From Nemertoderma westbladi (Eukaryota; Animalia; Xenacoelomorpha): a DNA stretch of 64,000 bases. The stretch spans positions 1 to 64,000 of the forward strand of contig JAUCBJ010006317.1 of assembly GCA_032718475.1 (NCBI GenBank). The letters are read 5' to 3'. Under the pieces are notes generated by a model. It saw only the letters and a list, made by a program, of their open reading frames with translations. It did not search any database and was not told the origin of the DNA. This document shows positions 12,001 to 26,149 of the stretch, piece after piece. The position numbers were made by a program, and so were the translations under genes. The first letter of the stretch is position 1. Every line of letters starts with the position of its first letter.

Positions 12001-12720
12001 AATAGCTGAGGTAGGTGAATGGGACTGGTGTAAACAAATAGCCGAGGTAGGTGAGTGGGACTGGTGTAAACAAATAGCTGAGGTAGGTGTGTGGGACTGG
12101 TGTAAACAAATAGCTGATGTAGATGAGTGGGAGTGGTGTAAACAAATAGCAGAGGTAGGTGAGGGGGACTGGTGTAAACAAATAGCTGAGGTAGGTGAGT
12201 GGGACTGGTGTAAACAAATAGCTGAGGTAGGTGAGTGGGACTGGTGTAAACAAATAGCCGAGGTAGGTGAGTGGGACTGGTGTAAACAAATAGCTGAGGT
12301 AGGTGAGTGGGACTGGTGTAAACAAATAGCTGAGGTAGGTGAGTGGGACTGGTGTAAACAAATAGCTGAGGTAGGTGAGTGGGACTGGTGTAAACAAATA
12401 GCTGAGGTAGGTGAGTGGGACTGGTGTAAACAAATAGCTGAGGTAGGTGAGTGGGACTGGTGTAAACAAATAGCCGAGGTAGGTGAGTGGGACTGGTGTA
12501 AACAAATAGCCGAGGTAAGTGAGTGGGACTGGTGTAAACAAATAGCTGAGGTAGGTGAGTGGGACTGGTGTAAACAAATAGCTGATGTAGGTGAGTGGGA
12601 CTGGTGTAAACAAATAGCTGAGGTAGGTGAGTGGGAGTGGTGTAAACAAATAGCTGATGTAGGTGAGTGGGACTGGTGTAAACAAATAGCTGAGGTAGGT
12701 GAGTGGGACTGGTGTAAACA
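9060..12720 (+). repeat. Diverged higher-order duplication, period about 1.9 kb
   Basis: The rare +2 insertion GGAC-TA-TGGTGT occurs at 9841 and 11727 (offset 1886). Both copies are followed by the same GCCGAT, GAATGG and GATGTAGATG markers. Monomer counts between markers differ, so boundaries are approximate. Confidence 0.75.
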
Positions 12721-13959
12721 AATAGCTGAGGTAGGTGAGTGGGAGTGGTGTAAACAAATAGCTGAGGTAGGTGAGTGGGAGTGGTGTAAACAAATAGCTG
12801 AGGTAGGTGAGTGGGAGTGGTGTAAACAAATAGCTGAGGTAGGTGAGTGGGAGTGGTGTAAACAAATAGCTGAGGTAGGTGAGTGGGACTGGTGTAAACA
12901 AATAGCTGAGGTAGGTGAGTGGGACTGGTGTAAACAAATAGCTGAGGTAGGTGAGTGGGAGTGGTGTAAACAAATAGCTGAGGTACAGTTAATAGGTGAG
13001 TGGGACTGGTGTAAACAAATAGCTGAGGTAGGTGAGTGGGACTGGTGTAAACAAATAGCTGAGGTAGGTGAGTGGGAGTGGTGTAAACAAATAGCCGAGG
13101 TACAGTTAGTAGGTGAGTGGGACTGGTGTAAACAAATAGCTGAGGTAGGTGAGTGGGAGTGGTGTAAACAAATAGCTGAGGTAGGTGAGTGGGACTGGTG
13201 TAAACAAATAGCTGAGGTAGGTGAGTGGGAGTGGTGTAAACAAATAGCTGAGGTAGGTGAGTGGGACTGGTGTAAACAAATAGCTGAGGTAGGTGAGTGG
13301 GACTGGTGTAAACAAATAGCTGCTAAGGTAGGTGAGTGGGACTGGTGTAAACAAATAGCTGAGGTAGGTGAGTGGGACTGGTGTAAACAAATAGCTGAGG
13401 TAGGTGAGTGGGACTGGTGTAAACAAATAGCTGCTAAGGTAGGTGAGTGGGACTGGTGTAAACAAATAGCTGAGGTAGGTGAGTGGGACTGGTGTAAACA
13501 AATAGCTGCTAAGGTAGGTGAGTGGGACTGGTGTAAACAAATAGCTGAGGTAGGTGAGTGGGACTGGTGTAAACAAATAGCCGAGGTAGGTGAGTGGGAC
13601 TGGTGTAAACAAATAGCCGATGTAGGTGAGTGGGACTGGTGTAAACAAATAGCTGAGGTAGGTGAGTGGGACTGGTGTAAACAAATAGCCGAGGTAAGTG
13701 AGTGGGACTGGTGTAAACAAATAGCTGATGTAGGTGAGTGGGACTGGTGTAAACAAATAGCCGAGGTAGGTGAGTGGGACTGGTGTAAACAAATAGCTGA
13801 TGTAGGTGAGTGGGACTGGTGTAAACAAATAGCTGAGGTAGGTGAGTGGGACTGGTATAAACAAATAGCCGAGGTAGGTGGGTGGGACTGGTGTAAACAG
13901 GTAGGTGAGTGGGACTGGTGTAAACAAATAGCCGAGGTAGGTGAGTGGGACTGGTGTAA

Positions 13960-16900
13960 ACAAATAGCTGAGGTAGATGAGTGGGACTGGTGTAAACAAA
14001 TAGCTGAGGTAGGTGAGTGGGACTGGTGTAAACAAATAGCTGAGGTAGGTGAGTGGGAGTGGTGTAAACAAATAGCTGATGTAGGTGAGTGGGACTGGTG
14101 TAAACAAATAGCTGAGGTAGGTGAGTGGGACTGGTGTAAACAAATAGCTGATGTAGGTGAGTGGGACTGGTGTAAACAAATAGCTGAGGTAGGTGAGTGG
14201 GAGTGGTGTAAACAAATAGCTGAGGTAGGTGAGTGGGACTGGTGTAAACAAATAGCTGAAGTAAGTGAGTGGGACTGGTGTAAACAAATAGCTGATGTAG
14301 GTGAGTGGGACTGGTGTAAACAAATAGCTGAGGTAGGTGAGTGGGAGTGGTGTAAACAAATAGCTGAGGTAGGTGAGTGGGACTGGTGTAAACAAATAGC
14401 TGAGGTAGGTGAGTGGGACTGGTGTAAACAAATAGCTGAGGTAGGTGAGTGGGACTGGTGTAAACAAATAGCTGAGGTAGGTGAGTGGGACTGGTGTAAA
14501 CAAATAGCTGAGGTAGGTGAGTGGGACTGGTGTAAACAAATAGCTGAGGTAGGTTAGTGGGACTGGTGTAAACAAATAGCCGAGGTAGGTGAGTGGGACT
14601 GGTGTAAACAAATAGCTGAGGTAGGTGAGTGGGACTGGTGTAAACAAATAGCTGAGGTAGGTGAGTGGGACTGGTGTAAACAAATAGCTGAGGTAGGTGA
14701 GTGGGACTGGTGTAAACAAATAGCCGAGGTAGGTGAGTGGGACTGGTGTAAACAAATAGCTGAGGTAGGTGAGTGGGACTGGTGTAAACAAATAGCTGAG
14801 GTAGGTGTGTGGGACTGGTGTAAACAAATAGCTGAGGTAGGTGTGTGGGACTGGTGTAAGCAAATAGCTGAGGTAGGTGTGTGGGACTGGTGTAAACAAA
14901 TAGCTGAGGTAGGTGAGTGGGACTGGTGTAAACAAATAGCTGAGGTAGGTGAGTGGGACTGGTGTAAACAAATAGCTGAGGTAGGTGAGTGGGACTGGTG
15001 TAAACAAATAGCCGAGGTAGGTGAGTGGGACTGGTGTAAACAAATAGCTGAGGTAGGTGAGTGGGACTGGTGTAAACAAATAGCTGAGGTAGGTGAGTGG
15101 GACTGGTGTAAACAAATAGCTGAGGTAGGTGAGTGGGACTGGTGTAAACAAATAGCCGAGGTAGGTGAGTGGGACTGGTGTAAACAAATAGCTGAGGTAG
15201 GTGAGTGGGACTGGTGTAAACAAATAGCTGAGGTAGGTGTGTGGGACTGGTGTAAACAAATAGCTGAGGTAGGTGAGAGGGACTGGTGTAAACAAATAGC
15301 TGAGGTAGGTGTGTGGGACTGGTGTAAGCAAATAGCTGAGGTAGGTGTGTGGGACTGGTGTAAACAAATAGCTGAGGTAGGTGAGTGGGACTGGTGTAAA
15401 CAAATAGCTGAGGTAGGTGAGTGGGACTGGTGTAAACAAATAGCCGAGGTAGGTGAGTGGGACTGGTGTAAACAAATAGCTGAGGTAGGTGAGTGGGACT
15501 GGTGTAAACAAATAGCTGAGGTAGGTGAGTGGGACTGGTGTAAATAAATAGCTGAGGTAGGTGAGTGGGACTGGTGTAAACAAATAGCTGAGGTAGGTGA
15601 GTGGGACTGGTGTAAACAAATAGCTGAGGTAGGTGAGGGGGACTGGTGTAAACAAATAGCTGAGGTGCAGTTAGTAGGTGAGTGGGACTGGTGTAAACAA
15701 ATAGCCGAGGTGTAAACAAATAGCCGAGGTAGGTGAGTGGGACTGGTGTAAATAAATAGCCGAGGTAGGTGAGTGGGACTGGTGTAAACAAATAGCTGAG
15801 GTAGGTGAGTGGGACTGGTGTAAATAAATAGCTGAGGTAGGTGAGTGGGACTGGTGTAAACAAATAGCTGAGGTAGGTGAGTGGGACTGGTGTAAACAAA
15901 TAGCTGAGGTAGGTGAGGGGGACTGGTGTAAACAAATAGCTGAGGTACAGTTAGTAGGTGAGTGGGACTGGTGTAAACAAATAGCCGAGGTGTAAACAAA
16001 TAGCCGAGGTAGGTGAGTGGGACTGGTGTAAATAAATAGCCGAGGTAGGTGAGTGGGACTGGTGTAAACAAATAGCTGAGGTAGGTGAGTGGGACTGGTG
16101 TAAACAAATAGCTGAGGTAGATGAGTGGGACTGGTGTAAACAAATAGCTGAGGTAGGTGAGTGGGACTGGTGTAAACAAATAGCTGAGGTAGGTGAGTGG
16201 GAGTGGTGTAAACAAATAGCTGATGTAGGTGAGTGGGACTGGTGTAAACAAATAGCTGAGGTAGGTGAGTGGGACTGGTGTAAACAAATAGCTGATGTAG
16301 GTGAGTGGGACTGGTGTAAACAAATAGCTGAGGTAGGTGAGTGGGAGTGGTGTAAACAAATAGCTGAGGTAGGTGAGTGGGACTGGTGTAAACAAATAGC
16401 TGAAGTAAGTGAGTGGGACTGGTGTAAACAAATAGCTGATGTAGGTGAGTGGGACTGGTGTAAACAAATAGCTGAGGTAGGTGAGTGGGAGTGGTGTAAA
16501 CAAATAGCTGAGGTAGGTGAGTGGGACTGGTGTAAACAAATAGCTGAGGTAGGTGAGTGGGACTGGTGTAAACAAATAGCTGAGGTAGGTGAGTGGGACT
16601 GGTGTAAACAAATAGCTGAGGTAGGTGAGTGGGACTGGTGTAAACAAATAGCTGAGGTAGGTGAGTGGGACTGGTGTAAACAAATAGCTGAGGTAGGTTA
16701 GTGGGACTGGTGTAAACAAATAGCCGAGGTAGGTGAGTGGGACTGGTGTAAACAAATAGCTGAGGTAGGTGAGTGGGACTGGTGTAAACAAATAGCTGAG
16801 GTAGGTGAGTGGGACTGGTGTAAACAAATAGCTGAGGTAGGTGAGTGGGACTGGTGTAAACAAATAGCCGAGGTAGGTGAGTGGGACTGGTGTAAACAAA

Positions 16901-18240
16901 TAGCTGAGGTAGGTGAGTGGGACTGGTGTAAACAAATAGCTGAGGTAGGTGTGTGGGACTGGTGTAAACAAATAGCTGAGGTAGGTGTGTGGGACTGGTG
17001 TAAGCAAATAGCTGAGGTAGGTGTGTGGGACTGGTGTAAACAAATAGCTGAGGTAGGTGAGTGGGACTGGTGTAAACAAATAGCTGAGGTAGGTGAGTGG
17101 GACTGGTGTAAACAAATAGCTGAGGTAGGTGAGTGGGACTGGTGTAAACAAATAGCCGAGGTAGGTGAGTGGGACTGGTGTAAACAAATAGCTGAGGTAG
17201 GTGAGTGGGACTGGTGTAAACAAATAGCTGAGGTAGGTGAGTGGGACTGGTGTAAACAAATAGCTGAGGTAGGTGAGTGGGACTGGTGTAAACAAATAGC
17301 CGAGGTAGGTGAGTGGGACTGGTGTAAACAAATAGCTGAGGTAGGTGAGTGGGACTGGTGTAAACAAATAGCTGAGGTAGGTGTGTGGGACTGGTGTAAA
17401 CAAATAGCTGAGGTAGGTGAGAGGGACTGGTGTAAACAAATAGCTGAGGTAGGTGTGTGGGACTGGTGTAAGCAAATAGCTGAGGTAGGTGTGTGGGACT
17501 GGTGTAAACAAATAGCTGAGGTAGGTGAGTGGGACTGGTGTAAACAAATAGCTGAGGTAGGTGAGTGGGACTGGTGTAAACAAATAGCCGAGGTAGGTGA
17601 GTGGGACTGGTGTAAACAAATAGCTGAGGTAGGTGAGTGGGACTGGTGTAAACAAATAGCTGAGGTAGGTGAGTGGGACTGGTGTAAATAAATAGCTGAG
17701 GTAGGTGAGTGGGACTGGTGTAAACAAATAGCTGAGGTAGGTGAGTGGGACTGGTGTAAACAAATAGCTGAGGTAGGTGAGGGGGACTGGTGTAAACAAA
17801 TAGCTGAGGTGCAGTTAGTAGGTGAGTGGGACTGGTGTAAACAAATAGCCGAGGTGTAAACAAATAGCCGAGGTAGGTGAGTGGGACTGGTGTAAATAAA
17901 TAGCCGAGGTAGGTGAGTGGGACTGGTGTAAACAAATAGCTGAGGTAGGTGAGTGGGACTGGTGTAAATAAATAGCTGAGGTAGGTGAGTGGGACTGGTG
18001 TAAACAAATAGCTGAGGTAGGTGAGTGGGACTGGTGTAAACAAATAGCTGAGGTAGGTGAGGGGGACTGGTGTAAACAAATAGCTGAGGTACAGTTAGTA
18101 GGTGAGTGGGACTGGTGTAAACAAATAGCCGAGGTGTAAACAAATAGCCGAGGTAGGTGAGTGGGACTGGTGTAAATAAATAGCCGAGGTAGGTGAGTGG
18201 GACTGGTGTAAACAAATAGCTGAGGTAGGTGAGTGGGACT
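13960..18240 (+). repeat. Near-perfect 2144-bp tandem duplication containing a nested 280-bp tandem duplication
   Basis: Markers recur at an offset of 2144: AGGTAGATG 13971/16115, GGTTAG ~14554/16698, and identical ORFs at 14807/16951. The nested 280-bp unit is 6x36 + 45 + 19 (track offsets 15655/15935 and 17799/18079). Confidence 0.9.
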
Positions 18241-21200
18241 GGTGTAAACAAATAGCTGAGGTAGGTGAGTGGGACTGGTGTAAGCAAATAGCTGAGGTAG
18301 GTGAGTGGGACTGGTGTAAACAAATAGTAGAGGTAGGTGAGTGGGACTGGTGTAAACAAATAGCTGAGGTAGGTGAGTGGGACTGGTGTAAACAAATAGC
18401 TGAGGTAGGTGAGTGGGACTGGTGTAAACAAATAGCCGAGGTAGGTGAGTGGGACTGGTGTAAACAAATAGCTGAGGTAGGTGAGTGGGACTGGTGTAAA
18501 CAAATAGCTGAGGTAGGTGAGTGGGACTGGTGTAAACAAATAGCTGAGGTAGGTGAGTGGGACTGGTGTAAACAAATAGCCGAGGTAGGTGAGTGGGACT
18601 GGTGTAAACAAATAGCTGAGGTAGGTGAGTGGGACTGGTGTAAACAAATAGCTGAGGTAGGTGTGTGGGACTGGTGTAAACAAATAGCTGAGGTAGGTGT
18701 GTGGGACTGGTGTAAGCAAATAGCTGAGGTAGGTGTGTGGGACTGGTGTAAACAAATAGCTGAGGTAGGTGAGTGGGACTGGTGTAAACAAATAGCTGAG
18801 GTAGGTGAGTGGGACTGGTGTAAACAAATAGCCGAGGTAGGTGAGTGGGACTGGTGTAAACAAATAGCTGAGGTAGGTGAGTGGGACTGGTGTAAACAAA
18901 TAGCTGAGGTAGGTGAGTGGGACTGGTGTAAACAAATAGCTGAGGTAGGTGAGTGGGACTGGTGTAAACAAATAGCTGAGGTAGGTGAGTGGGACTGGTG
19001 TAAACAAATAGCCGAGGTAGGTGAGTGGGACTGGTGTAAACAAATAGCTGAGGTAGGTGAGTGGGACTGGTGTAAACAAATAGCTGAGGTAGGTGAGTGG
19101 GACTGGTGTAAACAAATAGCTGAGGTAGGTGAGTGGGACTGGTGTAAACAAATAGCTGAGGTAGGTGAGTGGGACTGGTGTAAACAAATAGCTGAGGTAG
19201 GTGAGTGGGACTGGTGTAAACAAATAGCTGAGGTAGGTGTGTGGGACTGGTGTAAACAAGTAGCTGAGGTAGGTGAGTGGGACTGGTGTAAACAAATAGC
19301 TGAGGTAGGTGAGTGGGTCTGGTGTAAACAAATAGCTGAGGTAGGTGAGTGGGACTGGTGTAAACAAATAGCTGAGGTAGGTGAGTGGGACTGGTGTAAA
19401 CAAATAGCTGAGGTAGGTGAGGGGGACTGGTGTAAACAAATAGCCGAGGTGTAAACAAATAGCCGAGGTAGGTGAGTGGGACTGGTGTAAATAAATAGCT
19501 GAGGTAGGTGAGTGGGACTGGTGTAAACAAATAGCTGAGGTAGGTGAGTGGGACTGGTGTAAACAAATAGCTGAGGTAGGTGAGGGGGACTGGTGTAAAC
19601 AAATAGCCGAGGTGTAAACAAATAGCCGAGGTAGGTGAGTGGGACTGGTGTAAACAAATAGCCGAGGTAGGTGAGTGGGACTGGTGTAAACAAATAGTTG
19701 AGGTAGGTGAGTGGGACTGGTGTAAACAAATAGCTGAGGTAGGTGAGTGGGACTGGTGTAAACAAATAGCTGAGGTAGGTGAGTGGGACTGGTGTAAACA
19801 AATAGCTGAGGTAGGTGAGTGGGACTGGTGTAAACAAATAGCTGAGGTAGGTGAGTGGGACTGGTGTAAGCAAATAGCTGAGGTGGGTGAGTGGGACTGG
19901 TGTAAACAAATAGTAGAGGTAGGTGAGTGGGACTGGTGTAAACAAATAGCTGAGGTAGGTGTGTGGGACTGGTGTAAACAAATAGCTGAGGTAGGTGTGT
20001 GGGACTGGTGTAAGCAAATAGCTGAGGTAGGTGTGTGGGACTGGTGTAAACAAATAGCTGAGGTAGGTGAGTGGGACTGGTGTAAACAAATAGCTGAGGT
20101 AGGTGAGTGGGACTGGTGTAAACAAATAGCCGAGGTAGGTGAGTGGGACTGGTGTAAACAAATAGCTGAGGTAGGTGAGTGGGACTGGTGTAAACAAATA
20201 GCTGAGGTAGGTGAGTGGGACTGGTGTAAACAAATAGCTGAGGTAGGTGAGTGGGACTGGTGTAAACAAATAGCTGAGGTAGGTGAGTGGGAGTGGTGTA
20301 AACAAATAGCTGAGGTAGTTGAGTGGGAGTGGTGTAAACAAATAGCCGAGGTAGGTGTGTGGGACTGGTGTAAACAAATAGCTGAGGTAGGTGAGTGGGA
20401 CTGGTGTAAACAAATAGCTGAGGTAGGTGAGTGGGACTGGTGTAAACAAATAGCTGAGGTAGGTGAGTGGGACTGGTGTAAACAAATAGCTGAGGTAGGT
20501 GAGTGGGACTGGTGTAAACAAATAGCCGAGGTAGGTGAGTGGGACTGGTGTAAACAAATAGCCGAGGTAGGTGAGTGGGACTGGTGTAAACAAATAGCTG
20601 AGGTAGGTGTGTGGGACTGGTGTAAACAAATAGCTGAGGTAGGTGAGTGGGACTGGTGTAAACAAATAGCTGAGGTAGGTGAGTGGGACTGGTGTAAACA
20701 AATAGCTGAGGTAGGTGAGTGGGACTGGTGTAAACAAATAGCCGAGGTAGGTGAGTGGGACTGGTGTAAACAAATAGCCGAGGTAGGTGAGTGGGACTGG
20801 TGTAAACAAATAGCTGAGGTAGGTGAGTGGGACTGGTGTAAACAAATAGCTGAGGTAGGTGAGTGGGACTGGTGTAAACAAATAGCCGAGGTAGGTGAGT
20901 GGGACTGGTGTAAACAAATAGCTAAGGTAGGTGAGTGGGACTGGTGTAAACAAATAGCTGAGGTAGGTGAGTGGGACTGGTGTAAACAAATAGCCGAGGT
21001 AGGTGAGTGGGACTGGTGTAAACAAATAGCCGAGGTAGGTGAGTGGGACTGGTGTAAACAAATAGCTGAGGTAGGTGAGTGGGACTGGTGTAAACAAATA
21101 GCTGAGGTAGGTGAGTGGGACTGGTGTAAACAAATAGCTGAGGTAGGTGAGTGGGACTGGTGTAAACAAATAGCTGAGGTAGGTGAGTGGGACTGGTGTA

Positions 21201-22299
21201 AACAAATAGCTGAGGTAGGTGAGTGGGACTGGTGTAAACAAATAGCTGAGGTAGGTGAGTGGGACTGGTGTAAACAAATAGCTGAGGTAGGTGAGTGGGA
21301 CTGGTGTAAACAAATAGCTGAGGTAGGTGAGTGGGACTGGTGTAAACAAATAGCTGAGGTAGGTGAGTGGGACTGGTGTAAACAAATAGCTGAGGTAGGT
21401 GAGTGGGACTGGTGTAAACAAATAGCTGAGGTAGGTGAGTGGGACTGGTGTAAACAAATAGCTGAGGTAGGTGAGTGGGACTGGTGTAAACAAATAGCTG
21501 AGGTAAGTGAGTGGGACTGGTGTAAACAAATAGCCGAGGTAGGTGAGTGGGACTGGTGTAAACAAATAGCTGAGGTAGGTGAGTGGGACTGGTGTAAACA
21601 AATAGCTGAGGTAGGTGAGTGGGACTGGTGTAAACAAATAGCTGAGGTAGGTGAGTGGGACTGGTGTAAACAAATAGCTGAGGTAGGTGAGTGGGACTGG
21701 TGTAAACAAATAGCTGAGGTAGGTGTGTGGGACTGGTGTAAACAAATAGCTGAGGTAGGTGAGTGGGACTGGTGTAAACAAATAGCTGAGGTAGGTGAGT
21801 GGGACTGGTGTAAACAAATAGCTGAGGTAGGTGAGTGGGACTGGTGTAAACAAATAGCCGAGGTAGGTGAGTGGGACTGGTGTAAACAAATAGCTGAGGT
21901 AGGTGAGTGGGACTGGTGTAAACAAATAGCTGAGGCAGGTGAGTGGGACTGGTGTAAACAAATAGCTGATGTAGGTGAGTGGGACTGGTGTAAACAAATA
22001 GCCGAGGTAGGTGAGTGGGACTGGTGTAAACAAATAGCTGAGGTAGGTGAGTGGGACTGGTGTAAACAAATAGCTGAGGTAGGTGAGTGGGACTGGTGTA
22101 AACAAATAGCTGAGGTAGGTGTGTGGGACTGGTGTAAACAAATAGCTGAGGTACAGTTAGTAGGTGAGTGGGACTGGTGTAAACAAATAGCTGAGGTACA
22201 GTTAGTAGGTGAGTGGGACTGGTGTAAACAAATAGCCGAGGTAGGTGTGTGGGACTGGTGTAAACAAATAGCTGAGGTACAGTTAGTAGGTGAGTGGGA

Positions 22300-23240
22300 C
22301 TGGTGTAAACAAATAGCTGAGGTAGGTGAGTGGGACTGGTGTAAACAAATAGCTGAGGTAGGTGTGTGGGACTGGTGTAAACAAATAGCTGAGGTAGGTG
22401 AGTGGGACTGGTGTAAACAAATAGCTGAGGTAGGTGAGTGGGACTGGTGTAAACAAATAGCCGAGGTAGGTGTGTGGGACTGGTGTAAACAAATAGCTGA
22501 GGTACAGTTAGTAGGTGAGTGGGACTGGTGTAAACAAATAGCTGAGGTAGGTGAGTGGGACTGGTGTAAACAAATAGCTGAGGTAGGTGTGTGGGACTGG
22601 TGTAAACAAATAGCTGAGGTAGGTGAGTGGGACTGGTGTAAACAAATAGCCGAGGTAGGTGAGTGGGACTGGTGTAAACAAATAGCCGAGGTAGGTGAGT
22701 GGGACTGGTGTAAACAAATAGCTGAGGTAGGTGAGTGTGTGGGACTGGTGTAAACAAATAGCTGAGGTAGGTGAGTGTGTGGGACTGGTGTAAACAAATA
22801 GCTGAGGTAGGTGAGTGGGACTGGTGTAAACAAATAGCTGATGTAGGTGAGTGGGACTGGTGTAAACAAATAGCTGAGGTAGGTGAGTGGGACTGGTGTA
22901 AACAAATAGCCGAGGTAGGTGTGTGGGACTGGTGTAAACAAATAGCTGAGGTACAGTTAGTAGGTGAGTGGGACTGGTGTAAACAAATAGCTGAGGTAGG
23001 TGAGTGGGACTGGTGTAAACAAATAGCTGAGGTAGGTGTGTGGGACTGGTGTAAACAAATAGCTGAGGTAGGTGAGTGGGACTGGTGTAAACAAATAGCC
23101 GAGGTAGGTGAGTGGGACTGGTGTAAACAAATAGCCGAGGTAGGTGAGTGGGACTGGTGTAAACAAATAGCTGAGGTAGGTGAGTGTGTGGGACTGGTGT
23201 AAACAAATAGCTGAGGTAGGTGAGTGTGTGGGACTGGTGT
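22300..23240 (+). repeat. 449-bp duplication marked by paired 40-bp (+GTGT) monomers
   Basis: GAGTGTGTGGG pairs at ~22735/22775 and ~23185/23225. Track offsets 22508/22957 and 22753/23202 both equal 449. Confidence 0.8.
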
Positions 23241-26149
23241 AAACAAATAGCTGAGGTAGATGAGTGGGACTGGGATAAACAAATAGCTGAGGTAGGTGAG
23301 TGGGACTGGTGTAAACAAATAGCTGAGTTAGGTGAGTGGGACTGGTGTAAACAAATAGCTGAGGTAGGTGAGTGGGACTGGTGTAAACAAATAGCCGAGG
23401 TAGGTGAGTGGGACTGGTGTAAACAAATAGCTAAGGTAGGTGAGTGGGACTGGTGTAAACAAATAGCTGAGGTAGGTGAGTGGGACTGGTGTAAACAAAT
23501 AGCTGAGGTAGGTGAGTGGGACTGGTGTAAACAAATAGCCGAGGTAAGTGAGTGGGACTGGTGTAAACAAATAGCTGAGGTAGGTGAGTGGGACTGGTGT
23601 AAACAAATAGCTGAGGTAGGTGAGTGGGACTGGTGTAAACAAATAGCTGAGGTAGGTGAGTGGGACTGGTGTAAACAAATAGCCGAGGTAGGTGTGTGGG
23701 ACTGGTGTAAACAAATAGCTGAGGTACAGTTAGTAGGTGAGTGGGACTGGTGTAAACAAATAGCTGAGGTAGGTGAGTGGGACTGGTGTAAACAAATAGC
23801 TGAGGTAGGTGTGTGGGACTGGTGTAAACAAATAGCTGAGGTACAGTTAGTAGGTGAGTGGGACTGGTATAAACAAATAGCTGAGTTAGGTGAGTGGGAC
23901 TGGTGTAAACAAATAGCTGAGGTAGGTGAGTGGGACTGGTGTAAACAAATAGCCGAGGTAGGTGAGTGGGACTGGTGTAAACAAATAGCTGAGGTAGGTG
24001 AGTGGGACTGGTGTAAACAAATAGCTGATGTAGGTGTGTGGGACTGGTGTAAACAAATAGCCGAGGTAGGTGAGTGGGACTGGTGTAAACAAATAGCTGA
24101 GGTAGGTGAGTGGGACTGGTGTAAACAAATAGCTGAGGTAGGTGAGTGGGACTGGTGTAAACAAATAGCTGAGGTAGGTGAGTGGGACTGGTGTAAACAA
24201 ATAGCTGAGGTACAGTTAGTAGATGAGTGGGACTGGTATAAACAAATAGCTGAGGTACAGTTAGTAGGTGAGTGGGACTGGTGTAAACAAATAGCTGAGG
24301 TAGGTGAGTGGGACTGGTGTAAACAAATAGCTGAGGTAGGTGTGTGGGACTGGTGTAAACAAATAGCTGAGGTACAGTTAGTAGGTGAGTGGGACTGGTA
24401 TAAACAAATAGCCGAGGTAGGTGTGTGGGACTGGTGTAAACAAATAGCTGATGTACAGTTAGTAGGTGAGTGGGACTGGTGTAAACAAATAGCTGAGGTA
24501 GGTGAGTGGGACTGGTGTAAACAAATAGCTGAGGTAGGTGTGTGGGACTGGTGTAAACAAATAGCTGAGGTACAGTTAGTAGGTGAGTGGGACTGGTATA
24601 AACAAATAGCTGAGTTAGGTGAGTGGGACTGGTGTAAACAAATAGCTGAGGTAGGTGAGTGGGACTGGTGTAAACAAATAGCCGAGGTAGGTGAGTGGGA
24701 CTGGTGTAAACAAATAGCTGAGGTAGGTGTGTGGGACTGGTGTAAACAAATAGCTGAGGTACAGTTAGTAGGTGAGTGGGACTGGTATAAACAAATAGCT
24801 GAGTTAGGTGAGTGGGACTGGTGTAAACAAATAGATGATGTAGGTGAGTGGGACTGGTGTAAACAAATAGCCGAGGTAGGTGAGTGGGACTGGTGTAAAC
24901 AAATAGCTGAGGTAGGTGAGTGGGACTTGTGTAAACAAATAGCTGATGTAGGTGTGTGGGACTGGTGTAAACAAATAGCCGAGGTAGGTGAGTGGGACTG
25001 GTGTAAACAAATAGCCGAGGTAGGTGAGTGGGACTGGTGTAAACAAATAGCTGAGGTAGGTGAGTGGGATTGGTGTAAACAAATAGCTGAGGTAGGTGAG
25101 TGGGACTGGTGTAAACAAATAGCTGAGGTAGGTGAGTGGGACTGGTGTAAACAAATAGCCGAGGTAGGTGAGTGGGACTGGTGTAAACAAATAGCTGAGG
25201 TAGGTGAGTGTGTGGGACTGGTGTAAACAAATAGCTGAGGTAGGTGAGTGGAACTGGTGTAAACAAATAGCCGAGGTAGGTGAGTGGGACTGGTGTAAAC
25301 AAATAGCTGAGGTAGGTGTGTGGGACTGGTGTAAACAAATAGCTGAGGTAGGTGTGTGGGACTGGTGTAAACAAATAGCTGAGGTAGGTGAGTGGGACTG
25401 GTGTAAACAAATAGCTGAGGTAGGTGAGTGGGACTGGTGTAAACCACTAACTGAGGTAGGTGTGTGGGACTGGTGTAAACAAATAGCTGAGGTAGGTGAG
25501 TGGGACTGGTGTAAACAAATAGCTGAGGTAGATGAGTGGGACTGGTGTAAACAAATAGCTGAGGTAGGTGTGTGGGACTGGTGTAAACAAATAGCCGAGG
25601 TAGGTGAGTGGGACTGGTGTAAACAAATAGCTGAGGTAGGTGTGTGGGACTGGTGTAAACAAATAGCTGAGGTAGGTGAGTGGGACTGGTGTAAACAAAT
25701 AGCTGAGGTAGGTGAGTGGGACTGGTGTAAACAAATAGCTGAGGTAGGTGAGTGGGACTGGTGTAAACAAATAGCTGAGGTAGGTGTGTGGGACTGGTGT
25801 AAACAAATAGCTGAGGTAGGTGAGTGGGACTGGTGTAAACAAATATCTGAGGTAGGTGTGTGGGACTGGTGTAAACAAATAGCCGAGGTAGGTGAGTGGG
25901 ACTGGTGTAAACAAATAGCTGAGGTTGGTGAGTGGGACTGGTGTAAACAAATAACTGAGGTAGGTGTGTGGGACTGGTGTAAACAAATAGCTGAGGTAGG
26001 TGAGTGGGACTGGTGTAAACAAATAGCTGAGGTAGGTGAGTGGGACTGGTGTAAACAAATAGCTGAGGTAGGTGAGTGGGACTGGTGTAAACAAATAGCT
26101 GAGGTAGGTGAGTGGGACTGGTGTAAACAAATAGCTGAGGTAGGTGTGT

